Below are positions 1-10,067 of a stretch of DNA of 50,816 nt, piece after piece. The stretch is from positions 1-50,816 of the forward strand of contig DRBO01000099.1 in the NCBI GenBank assembly GCA_011039385.1, read 5' to 3'. The number at the start of each line of letters is the position of its first letter. Position 1 is the stretch's first letter. The DNA comes from Chloroflexota bacterium. Its GTDB lineage: Bacteria; Chloroflexota; Anaerolineae; Anaerolineales; UBA11858. A program made the translations under genes and the position numbers. The notes under the pieces were generated by a model. The model made no database searches. It saw nothing but the letters and a program-made list of their open reading frames with translations, and was not told where the DNA came from.

Positions 1-1
1 C

Positions 2-307
2 ACCCTGGTTAACACAATCATCAGCGATAACAGAGCAGGACGGAACGGTGGAGGAGTCTTCCTCAAGGGAACTTTGATTTTGATCAACAGTCAAATCACC
101 AAGAACAGCACACCAGCGGATGGAGGCGGTGTCATCATCTATGGTGTTTTAGATTATACCGATTCGGCGATCGACAATAACATAACTGGTGGAAATTACA
201 TCATCTGGGGGGATGACAACTTCAGGGGGAATGGGAAAAGTGGGTATCGCAAAAAAACCAGCGCATATCGGATAACAACTGCTACCTTAAATGAGGATCT
301 AAAATAA
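2..307 (+). CDS. C-terminal fragment of a parallel beta-helix repeat protein (5' end outside window)
   Basis: Reading frame is open to the window edge. Translation TLVNTIISDNRAGRNGGGVFLKG...INSQITKNSTPADGGGVIIYG shows ~23-aa repeats (N-x-[ST]-x-N-x3-GGGV) typical of right-handed beta-helix/Pmp-like repeats. Stop at 305-307. Confidence 0.5.
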   Translation, partial: TLVNTIISDNRAGRNGGGVFLKGTLILINSQITKNSTPADGGGVIIYGVLDYTDSAIDNNITGGNYIIWGDDNFRGNGKSGYRKKTSAYRITTATLNEDLK

Positions 308-360
308 GCCAAAAAAGGGACTGTGTTGACTTTTACAGTTGAGTTCTTTACACTGGAACC

Positions 361-1881
361 ATGCCTGCACGCGTTCACTCCTGCGCCGTGCTGGGGCTGG
401 AGGGGGTCTTAGTTGAAGTTGAGGTAGATACCACCCACGGTTTTGGGTACATCATCGTAGTTGGCCTCCCGGATACTGCTGTCAAGGAAAGCCGCGAGCG
501 GGTCCGGGCTGCCATCAAGAACATCCCGGTACCTTTCCCCCGCAAATCACTGATCATCAATCTGGCTCCCGCCAATGTGCGCAAAGAAGGACCGGCCTAC
601 GACCTGCCCATGGCTGTGGGGATTCTGATCACCGCCGGCCTGATCCCATCCTCAGCGGTTGAAGACCTGGTCATCGTAGGTGAGCTTTCCCTGGACGGCT
701 CGATCCGCCACACACCTGGATTGCTTCCCATGGCAGCCATGGCCAGGGAAAAGGGTTTTCGGGGCATCTGCGTTCCGGCACCAGACGCCGCCGAGGCTGC
801 GCTGATCCCTGATCTAGAAGTACTGCCCGTACGATCTTTGACAGATCTTTTCTGGCATCTGACCGGTGATCAGCCGATCTCACCTTATCAGCAGTCCAGC
901 CCCCGGGAACTGCCGGCAATCAAAGCGCAAACTGATTTCCGGGAAATTAAAGGACAGGAACACGTCAAACGGGCCCTGGAAGTGGCCGCAGCCGGGAATC
1001 ACAACATGCTCATGAACGGGCCGCCCGGGGCAGGCAAAACCCTGCTGGCCCGCTCCCTGCCCGGGATCATGCCCAGGATGTCGATTGATGAGGCCCTGGA
1101 CGTGACCCGGATCTATTCCATCCTGGATCGCCTCCCATCCCATACGCCGCTCATCCAGCACCGCCCTTTTCGAGCTCCTCACCACACAATCTCGCACGCG
1201 GGGCTGGTCGGAGGCGGCACCTGGCCGCAGCCGGGAGAAATATCGCTAGCCCACCGAGGGGTGCTCTTCCTGGATGAGTTCCCCGAATTCGGCCGGCGGG
1301 TGCTGGAAGTGCTCCGCCAACCCCTGGAAGACAAAGCTGTCACCATCAGCCGCGCCCAGGGCTCTTTGACCTTCCCGGCCAATTTTATGCTGGTCGCCGC
1401 CATGAATCCCTGCCCTTGCGGCTACTATGGAGACCCGGTCAAGACCTGCACCTGCTCTGCTGCAGCCATCACCCGCTACCAAAAACGCCTTTCCGGACCC
1501 ATCCTGGACCGGGTCGATATCCAGGTTTCCGTTCCTCGGGTGGAATTTGATAAGTTGACCTCAGACCGGTTAGGGGAGCCCTCCCGGGCAGTGCGTGAGC
1601 GGGTGGAAAAAGCACGGCAAATCCAGCGGGAAAGGCTGGCCGGATCACCGCGATCCGCAAATGGGGACATGATCCCCCATGAGATCCGCCAGTTCTGCTC
1701 CCTCGATCAGGAATCCCTCAACCTGATGCGAAACGCCCTCCAGCAGCTGGGGCTCTCGGCCAGGGCCTACCATCGAGTCCTGAAGCTGTCGCGGACGATT
1801 GCCGATCTGGCGGGCGCGGAAGATATCGCGACAGTCCATCTGGCGGAAGCGTTGCAGTATCAACCAAGAGGGGAATTGTAA
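361..1881 (+). CDS. comM: YifB/ComM family Mg-chelatase-like AAA+ ATPase
   Basis: 506-aa ORF. Walker A GPPGAGKT, Walker B VLFLDEFPEF, Cys cluster NPCPCGYYGDPVKTCTC, C-terminal ChlI-like helical domain. Confidence 0.9.
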   Translation: MPARVHSCAVLGLEGVLVEVEVDTTHGFGYIIVVGLPDTAVKESRERVRAAIKNIPVPFPRKSLIINLAPANVRKEGPAYDLPMAVGILITAGLIPSSAVEDLVIVGELSLDGSIRHTPGLLPMAAMAREKGFRGICVPAPDAAEAALIPDLEVLPVRSLTDLFWHLTGDQPISPYQQSSPRELPAIKAQTDFREIKGQEHVKRALEVAAAGNHNMLMNGPPGAGKTLLARSLPGIMPRMSIDEALDVTRIYSILDRLPSHTPLIQHRPFRAPHHTISHAGLVGGGTWPQPGEISLAHRGVLFLDEFPEFGRRVLEVLRQPLEDKAVTISRAQGSLTFPANFMLVAAMNPCPCGYYGDPVKTCTCSAAAITRYQKRLSGPILDRVDIQVSVPRVEFDKLTSDRLGEPSRAVRERVEKARQIQRERLAGSPRSANGDMIPHEIRQFCSLDQESLNLMRNALQQLGLSARAYHRVLKLSRTIADLAGAEDIATVHLAEALQYQPRGEL

Positions 1882-2042
1882 ACCTGGCCGGATCGCCGGG
1901 GTTTGATACTGGCCCGATCCGGCTGATTGGCTCCGCAAAATCGTCCTGGCAGCATAGAGACCGATCCCGGCAGCCTCCTCGTTTTGTATTGTGCTGAAGG
2001 TGGGTTATGCTGCCAATCCAGTTAATTCAACCCCCTTTTAAT

Positions 2043-2071
2043 TTGACAACCAAATAGAATAGCAGTATAAA
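2043..2071 (+). promoter_or_regulatory. Candidate sigma70-type promoter for secDF
   Basis: TTGACA (2043-2048), 17-nt spacer, TATAAA (2066-2071), about 78 nt upstream of the secD ATG. Confidence 0.5.
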
Positions 2072-2148
2072 TTGGCCTGTTGTCCATATCACAAATTAAC
2101 GGTAGAGAGAGATTTACTCATTAATGCACTGGAGGCAGACCTTCACAC

Positions 2149-3495
2149 ATGAAAAATCACCAGCGCTGGATCATTCCGATCCTACTCATAATTGGCTTTT
2201 CAATCTACGTTGATCTGCCCACACACCCGGGTATTAAGAAGGAAATTAAAACCCAGCTGGGTTTGGATCTTGTTGGCGGCGTACAGGCCCTCTTAGAAGC
2301 GGACCTGCCAGCTGATGCCGAGGTGACCTCAGAAAACATGCAGACCTCCCGGAAGATCATCGAAGATCGCGTGAATAGCCTGGGTGTCAGCGAAGCTGTC
2401 GTCCAGATCGCCGGGGACCGCCGTATTTTGGTGGAGCTGCCGGGTCAACGAGATCCAGAAGAAGCCCTCTCTACTATCAAGGAGACGGCTTTGTTGGAAT
2501 TTGTTGAATTTGGGGATCTCCCAGAGCAAGAGATCAGCCGGCTGATGCATACAAAAATCAAGACTGACTACCAGACAGGAAGTGCTGGAACTGAAGTTGA
2601 CAGTTCTACTTCAGAAGAACCAGTTTATCACACCGTCATGACAGGGGCAGCGATCAAACAGGTAGGCGTAACGACTGATGCTGCCGGGAATTATCTGGTT
2701 GGTTTTGAATTGACACCAGAAGGGTCGGTAATATTCAAAGACTATACAACCAATAACGTTGGTGAATTCCTGGCAATCATTCTGGACAAAGAAGTCATCT
2801 CTGTCCCCAGGATCCACCAACCGATCACGGCTGGACGAGGAACTATCAGCGGAAATTTCACCTATGAAACCGCAAGCAATTTGTCAATTCAGCTGAGATA
2901 TGGTGCCCTGCCCATCCCCCTCAAAGTCATCCAATCTGAAACCATCGGACCATCCCTGGGTGGCGATTCCCTGCATAAGAGCCTGGTGGCAGGGATCATC
3001 GGACTGGCGGCAGTAATGTTGTTCATGGCTGTCTATTATCGCCTGCCGGGATTGATTGCAGACCTGGCGTTATTGATGTATGCCCTGCTGACCTTCGCCA
3101 TCTATCGGTTGATTCCTGTCACACTGACCTTGCCTGGAATCGCAGGGTTTGTCCTGAGCATAGGGGTCGCCGTGGATGCCAATGTGCTTATCTTTGAGAG
3201 AATGAAAGAAGAGCTGAAAGCAGGGATCTCTATTCATTCGGCTATCTCATTGGGCTGGGATAGGGCATGGCCATCGATTCGGGACTCAAATATCTCAACC
3301 TTGATAACTTCAGCCATTCTCTTCTGGTTTGGTTCCACTTATGGCGCCAGCATCGTGAAAGGATTCTCGCTGACTCTAGCAATCGGTGTAATGGTCAGTT
3401 TATTTACTGCTGTCACCGCCACCAGGACATTCCTCCACCTGACGCTGGATAATATCAAAGCTTCGCGTCAGACAAAGTTGTTTGGAGTGAAATGA
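2149..3495 (+). CDS. secD: Protein translocase subunit SecD
   Basis: 448 aa. N-terminal TM, large periplasmic domain, then six C-terminal TM helices with the SecD/SecF signature (GPSLG, AGFVLSIGVAVDANVLIFERMKEE). secF follows 7 nt downstream. Confidence 0.92.
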   Translation: MKNHQRWIIPILLIIGFSIYVDLPTHPGIKKEIKTQLGLDLVGGVQALLEADLPADAEVTSENMQTSRKIIEDRVNSLGVSEAVVQIAGDRRILVELPGQRDPEEALSTIKETALLEFVEFGDLPEQEISRLMHTKIKTDYQTGSAGTEVDSSTSEEPVYHTVMTGAAIKQVGVTTDAAGNYLVGFELTPEGSVIFKDYTTNNVGEFLAIILDKEVISVPRIHQPITAGRGTISGNFTYETASNLSIQLRYGALPIPLKVIQSETIGPSLGGDSLHKSLVAGIIGLAAVMLFMAVYYRLPGLIADLALLMYALLTFAIYRLIPVTLTLPGIAGFVLSIGVAVDANVLIFERMKEELKAGISIHSAISLGWDRAWPSIRDSNISTLITSAILFWFGSTYGASIVKGFSLTLAIGVMVSLFTAVTATRTFLHLTLDNIKASRQTKLFGVK

Positions 3496-3502
3496 GGTTT
3501 CT

Positions 3503-4411
3503 ATGAAAAACGTCATCAAACACCGCTATCTATATTTTGCCATCTCTCTTGTCGTGATCCTGCCCGGGTTAGCTGCCCTGCTGGTCTGGGGGCTCCCAAC
3601 CGGGATCGACTTCTCAGGGGGCAGTTATCTTGAAATCCGCGTGAACAATGCCCTCCCATCCACTGATGATATGGTTGCCCTCCTGTCCGAATACGGGTTC
3701 ACAGATACCAAGATCCAGCGCTCTGGCAACGATAAATTGATCATCCGGTCCAAGGCCATGGATGAAGAGACTTTAACAGCGATCCTGGCTGAGTTCGAAA
3801 CTCGATTTAATGTAAGTGTTGAGCTGGATAGATTTGAAAGCGTCGGGCCTACGATCGGGAAAGAAGTTGCCCAGCGAGCTGCCGGTGCAGTTGGATTTGC
3901 CGCCCTGGGCATTCTGCTGTATATAACCTATGCTTTCCGGGGAGTGAAACATGCTTTCCGCTATGGGGTCGCCGCTATTCTGGCAATGCTTCATGATGTC
4001 ATTGTGGTCATAGGCGCAGAAGCGATCCTGGGGCATTATCTGGGCTGGGAAGTTGATTCCTTGTTCCTGACAGCTTTGCTGACCGTGATTGGTTTTTCAG
4101 TCCATGATTCGATCGTGGTTTTTGATCGAATCCGCGAGAACGAAAAGCTCCATCGCCGCCAGCCCTATGAGACTGTTGTGAACCTCTCGATCGTCCAAAC
4201 CTTTGCTCGATCGATCAATACCCAGCTGACGGTGATGCTCACGCTGCTCTCTCTGGTATTATTTGGAGGTAATACGATCCGCCACTTTGTCTTGATCCTG
4301 CTCATCGGTGTCTTTTCAGGAACCTACTCTTCAATCTTCAACGCCTCACCGATTTTGGTGGTATGGGAGAACAAAGAATGGAAAACCTGGTTTAAACGAT
4401 CTCCCGCATAA
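3503..4411 (+). CDS. secF: Protein translocase subunit SecF
   Basis: 302 aa. GIDFSGG motif, RND-like 6-TM block, FSVHDSIVVFDRIREN. Adjacent to secD. Confidence 0.92.
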   Translation: MKNVIKHRYLYFAISLVVILPGLAALLVWGLPTGIDFSGGSYLEIRVNNALPSTDDMVALLSEYGFTDTKIQRSGNDKLIIRSKAMDEETLTAILAEFETRFNVSVELDRFESVGPTIGKEVAQRAAGAVGFAALGILLYITYAFRGVKHAFRYGVAAILAMLHDVIVVIGAEAILGHYLGWEVDSLFLTALLTVIGFSVHDSIVVFDRIRENEKLHRRQPYETVVNLSIVQTFARSINTQLTVMLTLLSLVLFGGNTIRHFVLILLIGVFSGTYSSIFNASPILVVWENKEWKTWFKRSPA

Positions 4412-4425
4412 TTCACCTGAGACTC

Positions 4426-4469
4426 AAAAAAGGACTCATACAGCCATTGGGCCGTATGAGTCCTTTTTT
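4426..4469. terminator. Bidirectional intrinsic terminator between convergent secF and the GGQ-domain gene
   Basis: Perfect 11-bp stem AGGACTCATAC (4431-4441) / GTATGAGTCCT (4454-4464). It is flanked by an A-run upstream and a T-run downstream. Confidence 0.6.
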
Positions 4470-4549
4470 AACTCCATACCAGCTATTCCTGTTCCGGACA
4501 GGATCCGATCCCTCAATGGAATTAGCCCTGGGTTTTTGGACTGCTGAAA

Positions 4550-5146
4550 TCAGATCTCCCTTTTCAGAAGCTCTTTTATCAGCCAGATATTCACCTGCTG
4601 GCCGGAACCCAGATACATTTTCCAATCCCTGAGGTGATTCTCCAGTTGTTTCTGCAGCTGCTTCTCTGCCAGCTTGCGGTTATCAACCTGGCTCCTGGTC
4701 TGGTCATTAACCACTCTGAGCCGGGTTGGCTTATGTCGAAGGGCTACCTTGGTTTCCCGCTTATTAACGTTTTGCCCCCCAGGGCCTCCAGATTTACTGA
4801 AGGTTATCTCGACCTGGGACGGGTCGAGAGGGTTGATCTGGGAGAGATTGGCCGCAACCCAGGCAACATATTCCTCAAGGAACTGGGTTTCTTTGTCATC
4901 GCTATCAAATTCCGGGAAGCCGTCAACCACACTGAGCAAGGCATCCTCCAATTCCTCCCTGCGCTGTTTGAGCGAGCCAACCTGCTGCTGCCGTTTCAGG
5001 TCCTGGAGCGTTTTCCTCCCTTTGCCTGCAGAGCCTTTTCCCCCACTCCCTGCCGTGTTTTTCTCCCGAAACTGCTCTTCAAAGTTGAAATATTCGTCAG
5101 GATCCACTCGGCGATATTTTCCGGATGAGTTTTTATTAGCTGTCAT
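4550..5146 (-). CDS. GGQ-motif (class I release factor / peptidyl-tRNA hydrolase domain) protein with a long charged N-terminal extension
   Basis: 198 aa. SGGPGGQNVNKRETKVALRHKPT matches the RF-1/ArfB catalytic GGQ loop. No RF codon-recognition domains are present. Confidence 0.7.
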   Translation of the reverse strand: MTANKNSSGKYRRVDPDEYFNFEEQFREKNTAGSGGKGSAGKGRKTLQDLKRQQQVGSLKQRREELEDALLSVVDGFPEFDSDDKETQFLEEYVAWVAANLSQINPLDPSQVEITFSKSGGPGGQNVNKRETKVALRHKPTRLRVVNDQTRSQVDNRKLAEKQLQKQLENHLRDWKMYLGSGQQVNIWLIKELLKREI

Positions 5147-5258
5147 AATTATCTGCCCTGGTGAACTCAGGTAGTTTAATTATAGCCAAATCATCCCCCA
5201 TGTGTCCGTTACAAAGGGATTTAGGAGCAACTATTGTCTCCAGGATAGATTCGCATTA

Positions 5259-5291
5259 TAAAAAAACGCTATCCGGAGATAGCGTTTTTTC
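5259..5291 (-). terminator. Intrinsic terminator after the formate dehydrogenase operon
   Basis: Stem ACGCTATC (5266-5273) / GATAGCGT (5278-5285) with a CGGA loop. On the minus strand a T-run follows. Lies 18 nt after the fdhA stop. Confidence 0.6.
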
Positions 5292-5308
5292 GTTGATCTA
5301 ACTTATGC

Positions 5309-8110
5309 TCATACAGATTCGACTTTGACTGCACAGACCTTGTACTCCGGGATCTTGGCTACCGGATCCAGGGCGGCGATCGTCAGCTCATTGGCCGAGG
5401 CTTCCGGGAAATGGAAATTGGCATACACCATCCCCGGCGGAACCCGGTCCGTGACCAGGGCTTGCGCTTCTATGGTTCCCCGGCGGGAGGAGACTCGCAC
5501 TCGTTTATTGCCGTTCAGCCCCAGTTTTTCCGCATCCAGATCGTTCACCTCAATCAGGGCTTCGGGGTAGATATCCAGCAAGCCCTTGGAACGCCGGGTC
5601 ATTTGTCCACCGTGCCAGTGGTACAGCACCCTGCCGGTGCTGAGGATCATGGGGAAGTCCTTGTCAGGGAGCTCCACTGGCGGGATGTGCTCAATGGGAT
5701 TGAACTGGCCCTTGCCACGCGAGAACTGACCAACATGCAGGATCGGCGTTCCAGGATGTTCAGCATCTTTCACCGGCCACTGCAGCGTCTCGCCGTTGAT
5801 AAGCCGCTGGTGGGATACACCGCCATAGATTGGAGTCAGGGCTGCGATCTCAGCCATGATCTGATCAGTGTCCTGGTACTCCCAGGCGCTGAAATCAGCT
5901 TCCTTCACCTGGCGTTTCCCGCCAGCGAGGATCTTTTTCGCCAGCTCGGAGATGATCCACCAGTCTGGTTTGGCTTCGCCGGGGGAGGTAATAGCTTTAT
6001 GCACCATCTGGATCCTGCGCTCAGTATTCGTAAAGGTGCCGTCCTTCTCGGCAAAACTTGCTCCGGGCAGCAGCACATCGGCATAAGGGGCTGTTTCTGA
6101 AGGGAAGATTTCCTGCAGCACAACCAAATCGCAAGTTTCCAACGCCTTGCGGATATGGTTGGTATCAGGTTCACTCATCACGGGATCCTCTCCCATGATA
6201 TAAATGGCTTTCAGCTTACCTTCTACTGCTAAAGGCATCATCTCTGTTGCCGTTAAGCCAATATTTAAAGAAAGCTGTTCTTCGGTAAGCCCCCAGGCCT
6301 GGGCAAACTTTTCTCTGTGAGCTGCATCAGTTACTTTTTGATATCCAGGATAAACATCTGGCAGTCCACCCAGGTCACACGCGCCCTGAACATTGTTTTG
6401 ACCTCGCAGGGGATTTGTCCCGCCCCCCAGTACGCCCATATTGCCCAGCAGCATTTGCAGGTTGGCCAGACTCATAACGTTGCCCACTCCCGTGGTGTGC
6501 TGGGTGATTCCCATTGCCCACAGTACAGAAGCGGGTTTGTTCTGGGATAGAATTTCAGCCGCTGTCTCGAGATCGTCAATGGATACGCCTGTGATCTGGG
6601 AAGTTTTTTCAGGAGAATATTGATCAACGACTACTTTGAAATCCTCAAAGCCTTCCGAGCGCTCCTGAATAAAACCTTTGTCCTCCCAACCATTGGCCAG
6701 GATGATATGCATTAACCCGTTTATAAGGGCGATATCCGTGCCTGGCTGATGACGCAGATGAAGGGTTGCGAAATCCGTTAATTTAATTTTCCGGGGATCA
6801 GCAACAATCAACTTGGCGCCGCGCTGTCTGACTGCTTGCCGGATGCGCATACCAATCACCGGATGATTCTCAGTGGTGTTTGTGCCTATCACAAAGAACG
6901 CCTGAGCATCATCAGCGATATCGTCGATTGAATTTGTCATTGCTCCCGAACCAAAAGCGGTGGCCAGACCGACCACAGTGGAAGAGTGTCAAAGACGAGC
7001 ACAGTGATCTATGCTGTTTGTCCCAATCACCTGCCGGGTTAATTTGTTCATCAAGTAGTTCTCTTCATTGAGGCATTTCGCTGAAGTTAAGAAGCCCATG
7101 CTGTCCGCACCGTAGGTGTCGCGAGTCTGATTCATTTTCTCGGCAGTAATTCCCAGAGCTACTTCCCAATCAACTTCGACCCACTGCCAGGGATTACCTT
7201 CCTTTTCATGATCACGTTTACTGGCAGCCGGTTTCTGTTTTCCATCCAGTAAATATTTTCTGACCCGGGGTTTGTCCAAGCGGTCGGCGTGCTGAATAAA
7301 GTCATATCCGAAGCGCCCTTTAACGCAGGTCCAGCCATGATTGGATGGTCCCTCCCAGGCAGAATCCACTTTGATAATTTTGTTGTCTTTAACTTCAAGG
7401 ACCAACTGACATCCCACCCCGCAGTAGGGACAGGTGGTCTGGACCTTTTCAACCTCCCAGGATCTTCCTTGCCCCAGAGATAATTTCGGCCAAAGTGCTC
7501 CGGTAGGGCATACTTCCACACAGCTGCCGCAGAACTCGCAGGGGCTGTTATCCATGGAGCTGTCCGCGCCAAAGCCAATATAAGCGTTGAATCCGCGGTA
7601 AAACACACTGATCGCCTCTACCCCATTGATCTCCCGGCAGGCTCGCACGCAGCGCCTGCAGAGTATGCATTTATTGCGGTCTACCTGGATAAAGGGGTTG
7701 GGATCATTTACAGAGAAATGATGGCGGGTGCCGTGGAAAACATCTTCTTTGACCTCATACTCGTACGCTAAATCCTGAAGCAAACAATTCCCCGTTGCCT
7801 CACAGGTCATACAATCCAAGGGGTGATCAGAGATCAGCAGTTCCAGATTGAACTTCCTGGCAGCCCGGACGCGCTCGGTGTTGGTCTCCACAACCATGCC
7901 TTCTGTTACCGGGTATGTGCAGGATGGGTGCAGGGCGCGCTGGCCTTCGATTTCAACCAGGCAGATCCGGCAGGCTCCTTCCGGGGGTAGAGCAGGGTGA
8001 TCGCACAAAATTGGAATATAGTGATTGTGTCGACGGGCTGCCTGCAGGATGGTATCTCCCTGTTCAGCCTGGATTTCTTTTCCATCAATGATCAAGTTTA
8101 CCTTTCCCAT
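5309..8110 (-). CDS. fdhA: Selenocysteine-containing formate dehydrogenase alpha subunit with NuoG/HydA-like N-terminal Fe-S domains and a molybdo/tungstopterin domain; about 933 aa read through UGA
   Basis: Track ORFs 6989..8110 and 5309..6976 share one frame and are separated only by TGA at 6989-6991: [32 protein letters not shown]. That is the conserved active-site context of Sec/Cys formate dehydrogenases. The N-terminus has 2Fe-2S (CRICLVE), a His-Cys cluster (HPLDCMTC) and two 4Fe-4S motifs. Confidence 0.85.
6960..6991 (-). promoter_or_regulatory. UGA(Sec) recoding site plus SECIS-like hairpin
   Basis: UGA at 6991-6989. Twelve nt downstream lies GUGGUC-GGUCU-GGCCAC (6976-6960): a 6-bp stem including one G-U pair, with an apical GGUCU loop. 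This resembles the GGUC apical loop of the E. coli fdhF SECIS as I recall it. Confidence 0.6.
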
Positions 8111-8113
8111 AAT

Positions 8114-10045
8114 TCAGATCACTCCTTCTCCCTGGGCAGCCTCAATCACTGGCAATTCATGTTTTCTCTTCACAAGAACCGCGCCGAGGTTGCAGACATC
8201 ATAACAGGCGCCGCATTGGATGCATTGCGACTGATCGATGACATGGACTACTTTCTTTTCGCCAATGATCGCCTTGGTTGGACAGGCTTTCATGCACAGG
8301 CCGCAGCCCGTGCAGCGGTCTGCGTCAATCTCGTACGTGAACATGCCGGCGCAGACGCCCGCCTCACAAAACTTTTCAGTTACATGGGCTTCATATTCCG
8401 CTCTGAAGAAACGCAGCGAAGCCATCACCGGGCCAGGGGTCAGCTGACCGAGGGCACACAGGGAACCTTCCCGCATATATTTGGAGATGCGCTCAATCTC
8501 ATCCAGGTCCTCAAGTGTCCCGTCACCACTGGTGATACGGGTGAGGACTTCGAGCAGGCGCTGCCCTCCCAGCCTACAGGGGACACATTTCCCGCAGGAC
8601 TCGGCCGACGCGAAGGTCAAGAAATAGCGGGCAAATTCTACCATGCAGGTTTCTTGATCGACCACAATCATGCCCCCGGATCCCATGGTTGCACCGGCAG
8701 CTGTGAGGGAATCAAAATCAACAGGTGTGTCTAGCGCCTCCACCGGCAGGCACCCACCCAGGGGCCCTCCGGTCTGAACGGCTTTGAATTCCTTTTTATC
8801 AGGTATGCCTCCGCCAATATCATAAATGATCTCGCGCAGGGAAATACCCATGGGCACCTCAATCAATCCGGTGTTCTTGATCTTTCCTGTCAGCGCAAAA
8901 ACAGCCGTTCCTGGCGATTTATCCGTACCAATTTCACTGAACCAATCCGCTCCTTTGGTAAGGATCTGGCTGGTGATCGCATAGGATTTGACATTATTGA
9001 CATTGGTGGGTTTCCCCCACAAACCAGCTACCGCGGGGTAAGGGGGGCGGGGCCTGGGTTCTCCACGTTTGCCTTCAATAGACGCAATTAACGCTGTTTC
9101 TTCGCCGCAGACGAAGGCGCCAGCGCCTTCCTTGATCTTTAAATCAAATGAAAAATCAGATCCCAGGATATTTTTCCCCATCAAGCCCATCTCATATGCT
9201 TGCCGAATAGCGATCTTCAATCGCTCTATGGCCAGGGGGTATTCTGCCCGACAATAGATATACCCTTCTGGGGCCCCGATGGCATATGCGGCAATGATCA
9301 TCCCTTCCAGCAAAGCGTGAGGATCACCTTCCAGGACCGATCTATCCATAAAAGCGCCAGGGTCGCCCTCGTCCGCATTGCAGATCACATATTTGGGATA
9401 CCCTTTGGCTTTCCGGCAGAACTCCCATTTCAAGCCCGTTAAAAATCCTGCCCCGCCACGTCCCCGCAGGCCAGAATCCTTAACTTCCTCAATGACATCA
9501 TCCGGACTCATCTTAAAGAGGGCTTTGGCCAATCCGCCATATCCTCCCGAAGCCAGGTAATCCTCAATATTTTCGGGATCGATGAGTCCGCAATTTCGCA
9601 GTGCAATGCGGACCTGCTTGCCATAAAACGGCAGTTCATCATAAGTAGGCAGCCCTTCCACTATTTCACCATTCGCTCCGGGAATCTGCCCGAAAATCCA
9701 GCGTTTGCTATACTCCCCCTTGATCAGGTGCTTTTCAAAGATTTTTCCCACCAGGGCGGGCGTTACCTTGGTGTAGGTGATCCGAGCTCCACCTGGCTGC
9801 TGGATATCCAGCAGGGGTTCATTGTGGCACATGCCGATGCAGCCCACATGAATGATTTCCGCTTCCAGATCAAATTTGTCCAGCTCCTCCCGGACTGCTG
9901 CAGCCACCTCGTTTGCTCCGGCAGCGATGCCGCAGGTTCCCATGCCCAGGATGATAGATAATTTATTGTTCTCACGATCTTTTTTATGTGCCCGGGCTTT
10001 TTCGCGAACCGCTTCCAGTTCGTTGATGTTCTTTAACACCGGCAT
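8114..10045 (-). CDS. NuoF/HydB-like NAD(P)H-binding flavoprotein subunit with extra Fe-S domains
   Basis: 643 aa. N-terminal thioredoxin-like 2Fe-2S domain, FMN/NADH site GAGAFVCGEETALIASIEGKRG, SLCALG 4Fe-4S region, and a C-terminal 2x[4Fe-4S] ferredoxin (CTGCGLCMKACP, CIQCGACYDVC). 3-nt gap to fdhA. Confidence 0.88.
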   Translation of the reverse strand: MPVLKNINELEAVREKARAHKKDRENNKLSIILGMGTCGIAAGANEVAAAVREELDKFDLEAEIIHVGCIGMCHNEPLLDIQQPGGARITYTKVTPALVGKIFEKHLIKGEYSKRWIFGQIPGANGEIVEGLPTYDELPFYGKQVRIALRNCGLIDPENIEDYLASGGYGGLAKALFKMSPDDVIEEVKDSGLRGRGGAGFLTGLKWEFCRKAKGYPKYVICNADEGDPGAFMDRSVLEGDPHALLEGMIIAAYAIGAPEGYIYCRAEYPLAIERLKIAIRQAYEMGLMGKNILGSDFSFDLKIKEGAGAFVCGEETALIASIEGKRGEPRPRPPYPAVAGLWGKPTNVNNVKSYAITSQILTKGADWFSEIGTDKSPGTAVFALTGKIKNTGLIEVPMGISLREIIYDIGGGIPDKKEFKAVQTGGPLGGCLPVEALDTPVDFDSLTAAGATMGSGGMIVVDQETCMVEFARYFLTFASAESCGKCVPCRLGGQRLLEVLTRITSGDGTLEDLDEIERISKYMREGSLCALGQLTPGPVMASLRFFRAEYEAHVTEKFCEAGVCAGMFTYEIDADRCTGCGLCMKACPTKAIIGEKKVVHVIDQSQCIQCGACYDVCNLGAVLVKRKHELPVIEAAQGEGVI

Positions 10046-10067
10046 GGGGGTTCTCCTTATTCGTAAA

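Noticed and set aside
5309-8110. Interpretation of ORFs 5309..6976 and 6989..8110 as two genes or a nonsense-disrupted pseudogene
   Set aside because: They share a frame and the single TGA falls exactly at the conserved Sec/Cys active-site position (CARL-U-HSS), with a downstream hairpin. Selenocysteine recoding is the simpler explanation.
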